Positions 18,506-29,179 are shown, counted from the stretch's first letter. The stretch: DNA of 64,000 nt from Marispirochaeta sp. (GCA_963676835.2 CAXXFF010000002.1:109344-173343); one strand, 5' to 3'. Made by a program: numbers and translations. Notes: generated by a model from the letters alone, not told the origin.

Positions 18506-19807
18506 ATGAATATGCGCCACAGCACCCCTGAAAAACCGGGTACCGTCTATATAGATACTCAAATAAAGTCTGATTATAAACTCAAGCCTTCCATCGCCTC
18601 GCTGCGCATACACTGGATCAATATCCGGGAAAACGACCTTTCGGGGTGCTCAGCCGGAGCACCGGTTATTTCCTGTGATACAGACTTTCTCAGCACTGCG
18701 GAAGCTTCCGGATTCCTGCCCCTGCATATTCTGGACAGCACCAGCCTGCGTCACCTTGACACTATTCCTCCGGACAGGCTCCTCTTTCATTCTCTTCCTT
18801 CCGCCCTTGAATGGGCAGGAAATCATCCTTCGGGACTTGCAGATCTTGAGAGCATGATAAAACTCGGTGCCGGAGCCCTCAAAGAAGGTGAGCTGACCGC
18901 CTTCCCTACAGAAACTGTGTACGGCCTGGGCGCTAATGCCCTGGACTCCCTGGCGGTGGAAAAAATCTTTACAGCAAAGAAAAGACCAAAATACGACCCT
19001 TTGATTCTGCATATTTCGGAAATGGATCAACTGAATCAACTGGTTTCCTCCATTCCAGACAATGCCCTGAAACTGGCAGAAAAATTCTGGCCCGGGCCGC
19101 TGACCATGGTGTTTCCCAAAAGCAGCCTTGTTCCGGATATCTGCACCTCAGGGCATCCCACGGTAGCAGTCCGCATGCCCTCCAACCCCTGGGCGCGGAA
19201 GCTTATTCATCAGGCGGGAGTTCCGGTTGCCGCACCGAGTGCCAATCTTTTCGGGCGTACCAGCCCCACAACGGCTGCCCATGTAGCGGAGCAGCTTGAG
19301 GGAAGCTATTCGGTACTCATTGATGCCGGAGCCTGCAGGGTCGGCGTTGAATCCACTGTGCTTTCCCTGACCGGCAACAAGCCGCAGCTGCTCAGAGCCG
19401 GAGGGATAAGCCGGGAAGCAATAGAGAGGGTTATTGGTCCCATTGAGATTCCGGAGGCAAAGCATGCGAAAGACTCGGAGAGCCCGGGCATGCTCCCCAA
19501 TCATTATGCTCCCCGAACCCCTCTCATGATGGTTCCCGATGTCAGGGATTACACGGAAAACCACGATATCGGGGTAATCCTGTACAAGGAGTATGCAGAA
19601 GAGTTTAATGGCCCGGTCCGAAGCATCAGCCGCCGCAGGGATCCACGGGAAATAGCCCTGGGGATTTATGCTGCCCTGAGAGAACTGGACAATGAAGATA
19701 TTTCTCTCATTGTAGCAGAATGGTGTCCCGAAGAAGGTATTGGAGCGGCGGTTAACGACCGGCTGAAGAAGGCCTCAGCCCCTGCTGTAATCAGTACGGA
19801 AAAATAA
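18506..19807 (+). CDS. tsaC: L-threonylcarbamoyladenylate synthase (Sua5/YrdC plus Sua5 C-terminal domain) with a possible N-terminal extension
   Basis: FPTETVYGLGANALD, KKRPKYDPLILHI, FWPGPLT, VAVRMPSNP, APSANLFGRTSPT. An alternative ATG at 18854 would give a canonical-length protein. Confidence 0.85.
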   Translation: MNMRHSTPEKPGTVYIDTQIKSDYKLKPSIASLRIHWINIRENDLSGCSAGAPVISCDTDFLSTAEASGFLPLHILDSTSLRHLDTIPPDRLLFHSLPSALEWAGNHPSGLADLESMIKLGAGALKEGELTAFPTETVYGLGANALDSLAVEKIFTAKKRPKYDPLILHISEMDQLNQLVSSIPDNALKLAEKFWPGPLTMVFPKSSLVPDICTSGHPTVAVRMPSNPWARKLIHQAGVPVAAPSANLFGRTSPTTAAHVAEQLEGSYSVLIDAGACRVGVESTVLSLTGNKPQLLRAGGISREAIERVIGPIEIPEAKHAKDSESPGMLPNHYAPRTPLMMVPDVRDYTENHDIGVILYKEYAEEFNGPVRSISRRRDPREIALGIYAALRELDNEDISLIVAEWCPEEGIGAAVNDRLKKASAPAVISTEK

Positions 19808-19809
19808 AA

Positions 19810-21156
19810 GTGGAAGAGCAGAATGCCATGGAACCTCACAAACTGAATTTCAGGCTGAGAATGCTGAAAACCCTGCGCAGCAGTATTCAGAAATATGAAG
19901 ATCAGATTACTGCCGCCCTTGAAAAGGACCTTGGAAAAAGCTCTTTTGAGGCCTATGCTACAGAAACCGGCCTTATCTACAATGAGTTAAGTTATGCGAT
20001 CCGCAGACTCAGACTCTGGGCCCGTCCACGCAGGGTAGGTTCACCGCTGGTGCTCTGGCCTGCGGTAAGCCGGGTGTATCCCGTCCCCCTGGGCCGGGTG
20101 CTGATAATTGCCCCCTGGAACTACCCTTTTCAGCTGCAGATCGCTCCTTTAATAGCTGCTATTGCAGCCGGTAACCGGGCAATCCTGAAGCCTTCAGAAC
20201 TTACCCCCGCAACCGCAGATGTTATTCAGAAGATGATTTCGGAATCCTTTCCCCGGGACTATATCTCGGTGGTGTGCGGCGAAGGAGCTGTTGTTGTTCC
20301 GGATCTTATACAAAATGAAAGCTTTGACCATATTTTCTTCACCGGAGGAACAAGGACAGGCGGGAAGATTGCCGCCCAGGCCGCGGAACAGCACATTCCG
20401 GTAACCCTGGAACTGGGGGGTAAAAGTCCCGCTATTGTAGACAGCAGTGCAGATATAGCCAACGCTGCGAAGAGTATTATCTATGGAAAAAGTATCAATG
20501 CCGGGCAGTCCTGCATTGCCCCGGATTATCTGCTGATTCATCAATCATTAAAGGATGAGTTTATAAATGAGGCAAAGAAAACTGTTCAGTCATTCTTTCC
20601 TGATGGGGCGCTTTTTTCACCGGACTACGGCCGCATCATCAACCGGTCCCGTTTCGATTTTCTCAGCGGACTGCTTAAAGATGGCACAGTACTTATCGGC
20701 GGCGGCAGCAGCACTGAAAATCTGAAGATAGAACCTGCGGTAATGGAGAACATCGATCCTCAATCTCCGCTGCTGTCGGATGAGATATTCGGCCCCATAC
20801 TTCCACTTTTTACCTGGGAAACCAGAGAAGAGCTCTCCGACCTTCTCGATCAGAGACCGGACCCTCTGGCGCTCTACCTCTTTACCTCGTCAGACAGCCT
20901 GCAGGAATATATATTTACCAGACACAGCTTCGGCGGGGGCTGTGTAAATGATACTATGCTTCATTTTGCAAATCCGGCCCTTCCCTTCGGCGGTACCGGG
21001 AAGTCCGGCCGGGGAAACTATCACGGCAAGGCGGGATTTATAACCATGTCTCATATGCGTTCCATGGTTCACAGTCCCCGAAGATTCTCCCTGCCCTTCA
21101 AGTTTCCTCCCTACACCCGGAGTGCCCACCGTATAGTACGAAGATTCCTGCGCTAA
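19810..21156 (+). CDS. Aldehyde dehydrogenase family protein (ALDH3-like)
   Basis: ELGGKSPAIVD and NAGQSCIAPDYLLIH (catalytic Cys), FGPILP. Start is GTG 19810 or ATG 19828. Confidence 0.85.
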   Translation: MEEQNAMEPHKLNFRLRMLKTLRSSIQKYEDQITAALEKDLGKSSFEAYATETGLIYNELSYAIRRLRLWARPRRVGSPLVLWPAVSRVYPVPLGRVLIIAPWNYPFQLQIAPLIAAIAAGNRAILKPSELTPATADVIQKMISESFPRDYISVVCGEGAVVVPDLIQNESFDHIFFTGGTRTGGKIAAQAAEQHIPVTLELGGKSPAIVDSSADIANAAKSIIYGKSINAGQSCIAPDYLLIHQSLKDEFINEAKKTVQSFFPDGALFSPDYGRIINRSRFDFLSGLLKDGTVLIGGGSSTENLKIEPAVMENIDPQSPLLSDEIFGPILPLFTWETREELSDLLDQRPDPLALYLFTSSDSLQEYIFTRHSFGGGCVNDTMLHFANPALPFGGTGKSGRGNYHGKAGFITMSHMRSMVHSPRRFSLPFKFPPYTRSAHRIVRRFLR

Positions 21157-21647
21157 TGGCTGAGAAATTCTTTTATAGCCTTCCAGTCTTCAAGCTTTTT
21201 TTCATATGCGACAGCATGTGCAGGACTGGTTGAGGGAAGCCGGAAAAGCTGCATTCCCTCCGGCAGCTCCACATGGCGCTTGAACAACTGAAAAGATTTG
21301 CTGCCGTTACAGAAGACAACGCGTATTGATGGATACAGGGCGAAGAGACCGGCAAAATCATTCGGTTCCGGATTTTTAATATTCTGATCAAGACTGCCTT
21401 CACGGCTGCAGGCGGAAATAACATCCCACAGGGCAATACCATGCAGGGTAAGCTGCTGCTTCCTCTTTTCGTATTCAGGCGCCAGATCCTCTTCAAGAAG
21501 CTCCCCCATAATTTTCCAGAAGGAGTTCCGGGGATGCCCATAGTACTGCTGAACCCTCAGGGATTCCACGCCCGGGATAGATCCCAGGATAAGAACCACC
21601 GGATTATCTCCGCAGACAGGAGGAAAAGAGTGAATCAGCCCTGCCAT
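21153..21647 (-). CDS. DNA-deoxyinosine glycosylase (UDG superfamily, family 6-like)
   Basis: VLILGSIPGVESLRVQQYYGHPRNSFW and LPSTSPA. Confidence 0.7.
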   Translation of the reverse strand: MAGLIHSFPPVCGDNPVVLILGSIPGVESLRVQQYYGHPRNSFWKIMGELLEEDLAPEYEKRKQQLTLHGIALWDVISACSREGSLDQNIKNPEPNDFAGLFALYPSIRVVFCNGSKSFQLFKRHVELPEGMQLFRLPSTSPAHAVAYEKKLEDWKAIKEFLSH

Positions 21648-22414
21648 ACCTTCATTGCGGCTTTCACAGAGCGGGCCATTTCGGCTGCATAGTCTGCGGT
21701 ATATTTTCTCGCAAAAAGATCCTGCCCATAGTTTTCCCCGCCACTTTCGAAACTGCCGTCTTTGTAATAACGCTTTTCTACAGGAGCATACAGATCCGCC
21801 AGCTCTTCCGAACTCAGACGATGGTAGGTATCTTCAAAAAAGAGTTTTTCCCTGTCAACTTTAGGCGTTGGCCGCCGGTTGTAGTAGTCGCCCCGGGAGT
21901 AGCCGGCAACCACAAGGGAGAGGGGAAAAACAAAGTCAGGAAGATTGAAAATCTTCCGGTGTTCTTCATAATTCTCCATGATATCTCCAATATAGCATGA
22001 GCCGAGCCCCATGGATTCAGCCGCAAGCACCGAAGTATGAGCAGCAATCATTGCATCCTGGCAGGCAAGCATAAGAAATCCCTCATCGGGAGTTGCGAAC
22101 TCTTTGCCGGTTTTAGCGGCATACTCTGCAGCACCTGAATAGTCAAGATAATCATAGAGGCGCTGACAGTCAGCCAGAAACAGCAGCACCACAGGGGCCT
22201 GGGCAATAAAGGGCTGATTGTCGCATGTCTTTGCCAGGGTGTCCTTGAGGTTCTGATCTTTTACCCGGATTACCGAGTAGAGAGCCATACTTCCGGCGGT
22301 GGGTGCATAACGCACCGCACCGAGGATCATATCTACTTTTTCTTCAGGCACCCTGCGGTCCGCAAAGGATCGCAGGGATTTGCGGTTATAAAGAAGCTTC
22401 AGAGTCTCATTCAT
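21635..22414 (-). CDS. Nitroreductase family protein
   Basis: LLYNRKSLRSF, VRYAPTAGSM, DAMIAAHTSVLAAESMGLGSCYIG. Confidence 0.8.
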   Translation of the reverse strand: MNETLKLLYNRKSLRSFADRRVPEEKVDMILGAVRYAPTAGSMALYSVIRVKDQNLKDTLAKTCDNQPFIAQAPVVLLFLADCQRLYDYLDYSGAAEYAAKTGKEFATPDEGFLMLACQDAMIAAHTSVLAAESMGLGSCYIGDIMENYEEHRKIFNLPDFVFPLSLVVAGYSRGDYYNRRPTPKVDREKLFFEDTYHRLSSEELADLYAPVEKRYYKDGSFESGGENYGQDLFARKYTADYAAEMARSVKAAMKVWQG

Positions 22415-22426
22415 TATTCGGGTATA

Positions 22427-23407
22427 TCAGATAATTCCCTTCTCGCCCAGATAGCGTTCTGCATCAAGGGCAGCCATACAGCCCGAACCTGCAGCGCTAA
22501 TCGCCTGGCGGTAGACTTTATCCTTCACGTCGCCGCAGGCAAAAACACCTTCAATTTCCGTTGCGGTTGAATCAGGCTTGGCCTTAAGATAGCCTGTCTC
22601 ATCTGTGGGAAGCTGACCGCCGAGGAATTCGGTATTCGGTTTATGGCCGATGGCATAGAAAAGACCCTTGGCGGGGATTTCAGACTCTTCGCCGGTCTGG
22701 TTATTCTTTACCTTTATACCGCCGAGAAACTGCATGCCGAACTTATTCGCCTCACCTTTCACAGCCTCAACGGCATTGGTGTTCCAGTGGATTTTGATTT
22801 TCTCGTTATTGAATACCCGTTCCTGCATGGCCTTGCTTGCCCGGAACACATCCCGGCGGACCAGCATATGAATGGTAGAGCCGAACTTTGACAGGTAGGT
22901 TGCCTCTTCACAGGCGGTATCTCCTCCGCCGATTACAATCAGGGGCTGGTCTCGGTACATGGGAAGGGCGCCATCACATACGGCACAGGCGGAAATTCCT
23001 TTCTGCCAGAGCTCATCTTCTCCTGTAATATGCAGCCGCTGTGCAGTTGCACCTGTTGCAATTATCACAGCATGGGCCAGGTAAGTCTCACCGCCGACGA
23101 CAACCTTTTTCGGTTCGCTTTTCAGGTCCACCGAGTCGACAGTCTTTGTCTCAATCCTGGCTCCGTATTTAAGAGACTGGGCCCTCATCTGATCCATCAG
23201 CTCCGGTCCGCTTATGGCTTCCGGAAACCCCGGGAAATTCTCTATCTCCGTGGTGGTTGTCAGCTGTCCGCCTGCGGCAACTCCCCCCGCCATAAATCCT
23301 TCAAACATAAGGGGTTTGAGTTCTGCCCGGGCTGCATAAATAGCAGCAGTATGCCCTGCGGGGCCTGATCCTATAATGATTACATTTTCAACAGCTTCAG
23401 ATGCCAT
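22427..23407 (-). CDS. trxB: Thioredoxin-disulfide reductase
   Basis: IIIGSGPAGHTAAIYAAR, redox CAVCDG, GGGDTACEEA, FACGDV. AGGAGG lies upstream of the ATG at 23407; the tracked start at 23539 overlaps the next gene. Confidence 0.92.
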   Translation of the reverse strand: MASEAVENVIIIGSGPAGHTAAIYAARAELKPLMFEGFMAGGVAAGGQLTTTTEIENFPGFPEAISGPELMDQMRAQSLKYGARIETKTVDSVDLKSEPKKVVVGGETYLAHAVIIATGATAQRLHITGEDELWQKGISACAVCDGALPMYRDQPLIVIGGGDTACEEATYLSKFGSTIHMLVRRDVFRASKAMQERVFNNEKIKIHWNTNAVEAVKGEANKFGMQFLGGIKVKNNQTGEESEIPAKGLFYAIGHKPNTEFLGGQLPTDETGYLKAKPDSTATEIEGVFACGDVKDKVYRQAISAAGSGCMAALDAERYLGEKGII

Positions 23408-23450
23408 ACAAATCCTCCTGCTCTTAATATATATTTTTTCATATATAGCG

Positions 23451-23945
23451 TCAATACAATATTTCTTGTGCGAATTTTTCGCCAGCCCGGTCCATGATAC
23501 CCTCTTCCCAGATATCAAGCTGTGCATCCGCTGATTCAACTGCAGCCCTGAGCCTTGAATGGCTGATTTCTACAGATCCTGAAACTCTGGCGGCAAGGGC
23601 ACCTGTTTTATCCAGAATATCGATATCCAGAACTACCCGGCACTCAAGACTCACAAAGGCAATACCCGCCTGACGTTTTACATCCTGAATTTCAGCGTTA
23701 CGTACCATGAGAGCAACACCGTCTTCACTGTAGAGACTATCAAGCCTTAAAGCCCGGTTCAGAGAACGGATAAAGGTAATATTTCCGGCATCATCCCTGT
23801 CGGCATAAAACATACTGCCTTCAGGAAGTGCTCCTTCAAGTACAAGCCCCGAACCGCTGTGGCTGTTCAGGCCGGCACATCCAGTCAGGAACAACCATAC
23901 AAGCAAGGCCGTCCCGAAAACAGGAAAAATCCTTCTAATGTTCAT
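23451..23945 (-). CDS. Hypothetical lipoprotein
   Basis: Signal peptide with lipobox LTGCAG. Confidence 0.55.
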   Translation of the reverse strand: MNIRRIFPVFGTALLVWLFLTGCAGLNSHSGSGLVLEGALPEGSMFYADRDDAGNITFIRSLNRALRLDSLYSEDGVALMVRNAEIQDVKRQAGIAFVSLECRVVLDIDILDKTGALAARVSGSVEISHSRLRAAVESADAQLDIWEEGIMDRAGEKFAQEILY

Positions 23946-23980
23946 CTGTTAAAAATAGCCTATTGATAGTTGCGGAGCAA

Positions 23981-24940
23981 CTATCCGAGGCCGCTGATTT
24001 TCAAAACAGTGAGAAAAAGAGAAATGGTAAGAAAACAGGCGGCGGTACTTACCACAATAATACTTCCGGCTATATGCCGGTCTCCGCCCATGGCATCGGT
24101 CATTGCATAGCTTGCAACAGCTGCAGGCGCTCCGGCGTAGATACTGAGTATGAGCAGAGGCTCATTGCGTACCCCCATGAGAATACCGAACAGAAGCGCC
24201 AGAACCGGCATTACTATCAGCTTGAAAAAACTGCTCGCAGCTGCCACGGGGTATCTGCCTCCTGTGGAGTAGCGGCCTACAGACCCGCCGATACCGACAA
24301 GAGCAAGGGGCAGCGCAAGGTAGCGAAGATACCAGAGAGCGTCTGAAAATACCCTGGGCAGGGGAATATTGTTAAGGGAGAAGAAAATGCCAAGGAGAAT
24401 AGACACGGTAAGGGGATTCTGGAAACTCCTGAGAATTACCAGTCCAAGTTTTTTCAGTGGATGTGATGCTGCAGATGAATCCACCGCACAGGAAGTGAGA
24501 ATCAGTACACTGGCGACATTATGAATAAGCAGAAAAAACGCCAGCAGAACAGCCCCGTGAGGAAGCCAGGAGGACCCCAGAACCTGATCGACCACCGCAA
24601 GACCTATAATTGCGAAATTTCCACGAACCATTCCCTGAAGAAAGGGACCTTTCCTTGGAGGATCCAGCTTCAGAATCCGCGCAAAGGCATAACCTGCAAC
24701 AGTGGTAATAATAATGGCGCCGATAAATGCAAGAACTTCCCGCCAGGGAAGTTCTCCGGAAAAGTCGGCATTGCTTACACTCAGGAAAACCAGCGCAGGC
24801 ATGGCAATATAAAAAACCAGCCTGTTGGCACTGATGATAAAGCCGTCATCTATCCATTTAGCGGTAAAAGCCACATACCCGAGAAACATCACCAGAAAAA
24901 TCGGCGTGATCTTGAGAAGAATCAGCAGGAGGACAGTCAA
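23981..24940 (-). CDS. AEC (auxin efflux carrier) family transporter
   Basis: 319 aa, about 10 TMS, typical two-half AEC layout. Confidence 0.75.
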   Translation of the reverse strand: MTVLLLILLKITPIFLVMFLGYVAFTAKWIDDGFIISANRLVFYIAMPALVFLSVSNADFSGELPWREVLAFIGAIIITTVAGYAFARILKLDPPRKGPFLQGMVRGNFAIIGLAVVDQVLGSSWLPHGAVLLAFFLLIHNVASVLILTSCAVDSSAASHPLKKLGLVILRSFQNPLTVSILLGIFFSLNNIPLPRVFSDALWYLRYLALPLALVGIGGSVGRYSTGGRYPVAAASSFFKLIVMPVLALLFGILMGVRNEPLLILSIYAGAPAAVASYAMTDAMGGDRHIAGSIIVVSTAACFLTISLFLTVLKISGLG

Positions 24941-24951
24941 GGTATTCTCCC

Positions 24952-26406
24952 CTATCTACGCCAGAAAGAGGGAACCAGCAGGATCAGTACGGTATACACC
25001 TCAAGACGACCGACCAGCATGGCCAGACTGAGTACCCATTTTATGTAGGGCTCATAAAAGGCGTAATTCATTGCCGGGCCAACCTTGGCAAAACCGGGAC
25101 CGATATTTCCCACCGTTGCCAGAGCACTGGAGAAAGAGGTAACCAGATCGTATCCTCCAAGAGCAACTACTCCCGTGGTTACCAGCAAACAGAGGATGTA
25201 CAGGAAAAAGAATCCCAGTACGGTATAGACAAAATCCTTGCGCACCGGTTCTCCGTTAATCCGTACCTGATGTACCCCGTTATGCCGCAGCAGATACTTC
25301 ATCTCGGTTACCGCCTGTTTAAACAGGGTTACAATACGGATAACCTTGATACCACCCCCGGTTGACCCGGAACAGCCGCCGACAAACATGAGAAAGAAGA
25401 GAACATACTTGGCAAACTCCGGCCAGAGATCAAAATCGGCTGTGGCGTAACCGGTGGTGGTTATAACTGTGGCCGACTGAAATCCGGCATAGCGGAGACT
25501 CTGGGCAAAACTGGGATAGACTACCTTGTTGATGGAAACAGCAATAGCCAGGGTGGTTATACCGAAGATAAGCAGATAGGCCACAAACTCGGTATTCTTA
25601 ATCAGATCCCTGAACCGGCCCTGAAGGGCCCGGAAATAGAGGCCGAAATTAAGCCCCGCAGCAACCATAAAGACAGTAATAACCACATCGATATAGGCGG
25701 AATTATAGTGCCCGACACTGGCAGCCTTGGGAGAAAATCCACCGGTTGCGAGGGTTCCGAAGGTATGGGTCAGGGCATCAAAGAGATTCATACCGCCGAA
25801 CATCAGCAGCACCGTCTCAATAATTGTCAGCCCGAGATAAATCAGCCACAGAATCTTGGCAGTCTCTGCAACCTTGGGGGTGATCTTTTCCAGAGTAGGC
25901 CCGGGAGATTCAGCCCGCATGAGCTGAGCTCCGCCGACACCGAGAATCGGGAGGATTGCGACGGTAAGTACAACTATACCCATACCTCCCAGCCAGTGGG
26001 TAAGGGAGCGCCAGAAAAGCAGCGCCGGTGACATGGCTTCAATGTCAGTAAGAATGGAGGCTCCGGTGGTGGTAAAACCGGATATGGTTTCAAAATAGGC
26101 GTCAGTATAGAAAGGGATCTCTCCGGAAAGAAAGAAGGGCAGCGCCCCTACACCGGAAGCGACAATCCAGCTTAAGGTTACCATCAGGAATCCCTCTTTT
26201 GCCCGCAGATAGCGGCGGCGGAAGGGCCTGGTGGCAAAATAAACAATAATACAAAGAACTATAGCCGGAACAATGGTCTCCAGAAATGCCGCTGTAACCA
26301 CGCTGTTGTGGTTGTAGACAGCAATCCCGAGAGGAACCAGCATGAAAAGAGAGACAATAAAAATCAGCGCCGCCAGTATGTTGAGTATCAGACTGTACTG
26401 GATCAT
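24952..26406 (-). CDS. trkH: TrkH potassium uptake protein
   Basis: FETISGFTTTGAS, TLATGGFS, ITTTGYAT, GGCSGSTGGGIKV. Confidence 0.9.
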   Translation of the reverse strand: MIQYSLILNILAALIFIVSLFMLVPLGIAVYNHNSVVTAAFLETIVPAIVLCIIVYFATRPFRRRYLRAKEGFLMVTLSWIVASGVGALPFFLSGEIPFYTDAYFETISGFTTTGASILTDIEAMSPALLFWRSLTHWLGGMGIVVLTVAILPILGVGGAQLMRAESPGPTLEKITPKVAETAKILWLIYLGLTIIETVLLMFGGMNLFDALTHTFGTLATGGFSPKAASVGHYNSAYIDVVITVFMVAAGLNFGLYFRALQGRFRDLIKNTEFVAYLLIFGITTLAIAVSINKVVYPSFAQSLRYAGFQSATVITTTGYATADFDLWPEFAKYVLFFLMFVGGCSGSTGGGIKVIRIVTLFKQAVTEMKYLLRHNGVHQVRINGEPVRKDFVYTVLGFFFLYILCLLVTTGVVALGGYDLVTSFSSALATVGNIGPGFAKVGPAMNYAFYEPYIKWVLSLAMLVGRLEVYTVLILLVPSFWRR

Positions 26407-27806
26407 TGGCCTGAAATCGTCCCTTCAATTTTCTTGATATCGTCGGTGCGGGCAATAATCAGAACCCGGTCTCCAAGCTGCAGGGTCACATCACCATGGG
26501 GAAGTATATGCTCGTTCTGGCGCACTACAAGCAGAATCAGGCTCTGTTTGGGAAGTTTAATATCCTTAACGGCCTTACCCACAATCCCGGATCCCTTCTC
26601 CAGGGCAAATTCAATAATCTCGAACATACTGTCCGAAATGGTATGCACACTGCGTATATTGCCCCGGCGGATAATCTTCAGAATTGAATTGACCAGAGCA
26701 TTGTTAAGACTGACCACCACATCGATCCCCAGATCCTGGGCAATGTTCATGTACCCCTTTTTCTGAACTAGAGCGATGGTACGGTCGATTCCCATCTTCT
26801 TGGCATACATGGCGGTGATAATGTTGAGCTCCTGATTACCCGTTGCAGTCAGCAGCAGATCATAACCTTCAATCTCACCGGACTCAAGAATCCCTTCATC
26901 GGAAATATCCGCGTGGGTAACCTGAGACTCAGGGTAGCGGTCGATCAGGGATTTACATTTATCATAATCCTGCTCGATAAAATGGACCTGACGGTTTTTA
27001 CCGGGAATGATCTTTTTGAACATCCGGGTAAAGAAGCTGGCTCCGGGGTTGGAACCCTGATACAGGTCATCGGCAATATAGCGGCTGATCTTTCCGCCGC
27101 CGGCAATGGCAATCCTGTTTATGGCAGCCCGTTTACGGCCGTTTATCTCAAGGATTGTATCCAGTTCCGGTTCGCTTCCCAGCAGATAGAGCTGGTCGCC
27201 GGCATATACAACCGTATCTCCCGAGGGGATAATATAGGAATCGTTCCGGGCCAGAAGTGCTATAAGAAAAACACTGTCCACTTCGGAACGGATTGTGCGT
27301 ATGGGCTTGCCGACAAAATCGGAGTCTTCCGGTATAGTCACGTCGCAGAGCTGCAGGTCTCCCTGATCAAAAAAGAGAATATTGCTCTTTGCTCCCCAGT
27401 CAATGGCCCTGACCACCACCCTGGCAGCTTCAATCTCGGGGTTTACCACATGATTAATGCCGAATAATGGATGCTCAAGCATACGGGATGCCGAGTAGTC
27501 AAGATTTCTGACCCTGGCCACGGTTACTGGTTTGGAAAACTCTGCAGCAACCAGTCCGCAGGAGATCATGTTGATTTCATCACTGTCTGTTACAGCAACG
27601 AAAAAGTCCGCGTCTTCAATTCCGGCTTCCCGGAGAACTGCGGGGCTGTTGCCCTCCTCGTTGATAACGTGACAGTCCACCGTGTTGGAAAGCTGTTTAG
27701 CCTTTGCCGAGTCCTTTTCGATAACCGTAACCTGCTTGTCTTCTCCCACGAGCTGACGGGCAAGCTGAAAACCGATGCGGCCGGCGCCAAGTATAATCAC
27801 CTTCAT
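26403..27806 (-). CDS. trkA: TrkA, potassium uptake NAD-binding subunit (double RCK)
   Basis: MKVIILGAGRIGFQLARQL and a second IAIAGGGKISRY. 4-nt overlap with trkH. Confidence 0.9.
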   Translation of the reverse strand: MKVIILGAGRIGFQLARQLVGEDKQVTVIEKDSAKAKQLSNTVDCHVINEEGNSPAVLREAGIEDADFFVAVTDSDEINMISCGLVAAEFSKPVTVARVRNLDYSASRMLEHPLFGINHVVNPEIEAARVVVRAIDWGAKSNILFFDQGDLQLCDVTIPEDSDFVGKPIRTIRSEVDSVFLIALLARNDSYIIPSGDTVVYAGDQLYLLGSEPELDTILEINGRKRAAINRIAIAGGGKISRYIADDLYQGSNPGASFFTRMFKKIIPGKNRQVHFIEQDYDKCKSLIDRYPESQVTHADISDEGILESGEIEGYDLLLTATGNQELNIITAMYAKKMGIDRTIALVQKKGYMNIAQDLGIDVVVSLNNALVNSILKIIRRGNIRSVHTISDSMFEIIEFALEKGSGIVGKAVKDIKLPKQSLILLVVRQNEHILPHGDVTLQLGDRVLIIARTDDIKKIEGTISGQ

Positions 27807-27920
27807 TGGAGGATACGTTATGCTATCCTTATTGGCCTGTCAACTGTTATTGCAATGCAGGAGAGCAATAACTATCTCATCACTCCAAATATTGCTCCGT
27901 CTGTAACAGAAAAATCGACT

Positions 27921-28436
27921 TTACCCCTCTATTAGAGGTAAGATTGTACTCAAAATTCTGTCAACAGCCAAAATTGTATTCTTTTTTGAAGAGGCCATGG
28001 TTAATGCATCAATCTCGATATCCTTTTTCTTCCACTTACCTGAGTCTGCGGTGATTATCAGGCTGTAAAGGCCCTGATCCTTGCGTTCCCGCAGCAGCAT
28101 ATCGGCCGCTTCTGGAATGTCTCCGGACTCAACGGTGGTAAAGAGCACAATATGATCCCAATTCTCTTCCACTGGAAGTGATGCTTTAGTTATCTCACCC
28201 ACGGAAATACGGATACCGGTTCCTGCAGTCCTTTCTGCCAGCCCGGACATTACCTCGTCTTTGAAACTGCTGCTTTGAGTCAGCACAAGAACAGTCTTGG
28301 CGCCGCCTTCTGGATTAAGGGTATAAGGCTCAACGATGCCCTGACTTTTGACAATCCGATAGGTTAACGCCGATCCGACAAAAAGAACCAGCAGAGAAGC
28401 AAGTACAATACCTGTTACCTTGAAAATTTTCTTCAC
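27921..28436 (-). CDS. Hypothetical membrane-anchored protein
   Basis: Single N-terminal TM segment followed by an alpha/beta-looking domain. No motif recognised. Confidence 0.45.
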   Translation of the reverse strand: MKKIFKVTGIVLASLLVLFVGSALTYRIVKSQGIVEPYTLNPEGGAKTVLVLTQSSSFKDEVMSGLAERTAGTGIRISVGEITKASLPVEENWDHIVLFTTVESGDIPEAADMLLRERKDQGLYSLIITADSGKWKKKDIEIDALTMASSKKNTILAVDRILSTILPLIEG

Positions 28437-28556
28437 AGTTTCCTCCTCTATTCAATATTGAGTAGTATACGACCTCTTTTCCAACTATTCAAGTTTTAAT
28501 AGTTTATTTTTACTACTTTATATTATATACTCCAGTCTGCAGCCAGGAGGTACATA

Positions 28557-29105
28557 GTGAATGTTTCAAAATTTCTTGTTCTCGGTGCTCTGGACAGCCT
28601 CGGCACCGGAAGCGGTTATGATGTACAGCGGGAGCTTGAACAGAGAAGGGTTACCAACTGGACGGGTATTAAAACCGGTTCCATTTACTTCGCTATCCGC
28701 CAGCTGGAAAAGGATGCCTGTATTGAGGTAGTCGCAAAGAAACAGTCCGGAGCATTTCCGGTAAAAAGCATCTACCGGACAACCGAAACAGGAAGAAAAA
28801 TCTTCGACGAGATGCAGGAGGAAGCATTCCGGGGGCTGTATCCTCAATACTACGGCTTTAAACTGGCCCTCAAGTTTAATCGCCGCAGGACCGCAGATGA
28901 AATTATAGCCTTTACAGGAATTGCCATCGAAAACATCGGGAAAACCTTACGTGCAATGGACGAGTATCTTGAGACAGCTGATCCGGAAACTCTGGATGAC
29001 GACCGCTTCTTTATCCGCCATGATAAGCTCTTACTGGAGGCGGAAAAGCAGTGGATTAAGGAAGTTCAGCCATTTATCCGTCAGCCAGCCTGCACAAATT
29101 CCTGA
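28557..29105 (+). CDS. PadR family transcriptional regulator
   Basis: LVLGALDSLGTGSGYDVQRELE..TGSIYFAIRQLEKDACI. GTG start with AGGAGG 6 nt upstream. Confidence 0.85.
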   Translation: MNVSKFLVLGALDSLGTGSGYDVQRELEQRRVTNWTGIKTGSIYFAIRQLEKDACIEVVAKKQSGAFPVKSIYRTTETGRKIFDEMQEEAFRGLYPQYYGFKLALKFNRRRTADEIIAFTGIAIENIGKTLRAMDEYLETADPETLDDDRFFIRHDKLLLEAEKQWIKEVQPFIRQPACTNS

Positions 29106-29179
29106 CTTTTTACATCTTCTTTAGCGCTGAAAATTGACATGAGCAAAAATCCGCATACTCTTTGTAAGTGGAGGAGCTT

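Noticed and set aside
23408-23539. 44-codon N-terminal extension of trxB in the ORF track
   Set aside because: The extension overlaps the upstream lipoprotein gene. An AGGAGG plus ATG at 23407 gives the canonical start, immediately before the GSGPAG FAD motif.
27807-27920. Hairpin GTTATTGC-N11-GCAATAAC (27846-27872) upstream of trkA as a c-di-AMP/potassium riboswitch
   Set aside because: The leader is only about 115 nt, the element is a single simple stem with no pseudo-symmetric ydaO-like architecture, and no T-run follows it. It is probably a weak terminator or mRNA-stability stem.
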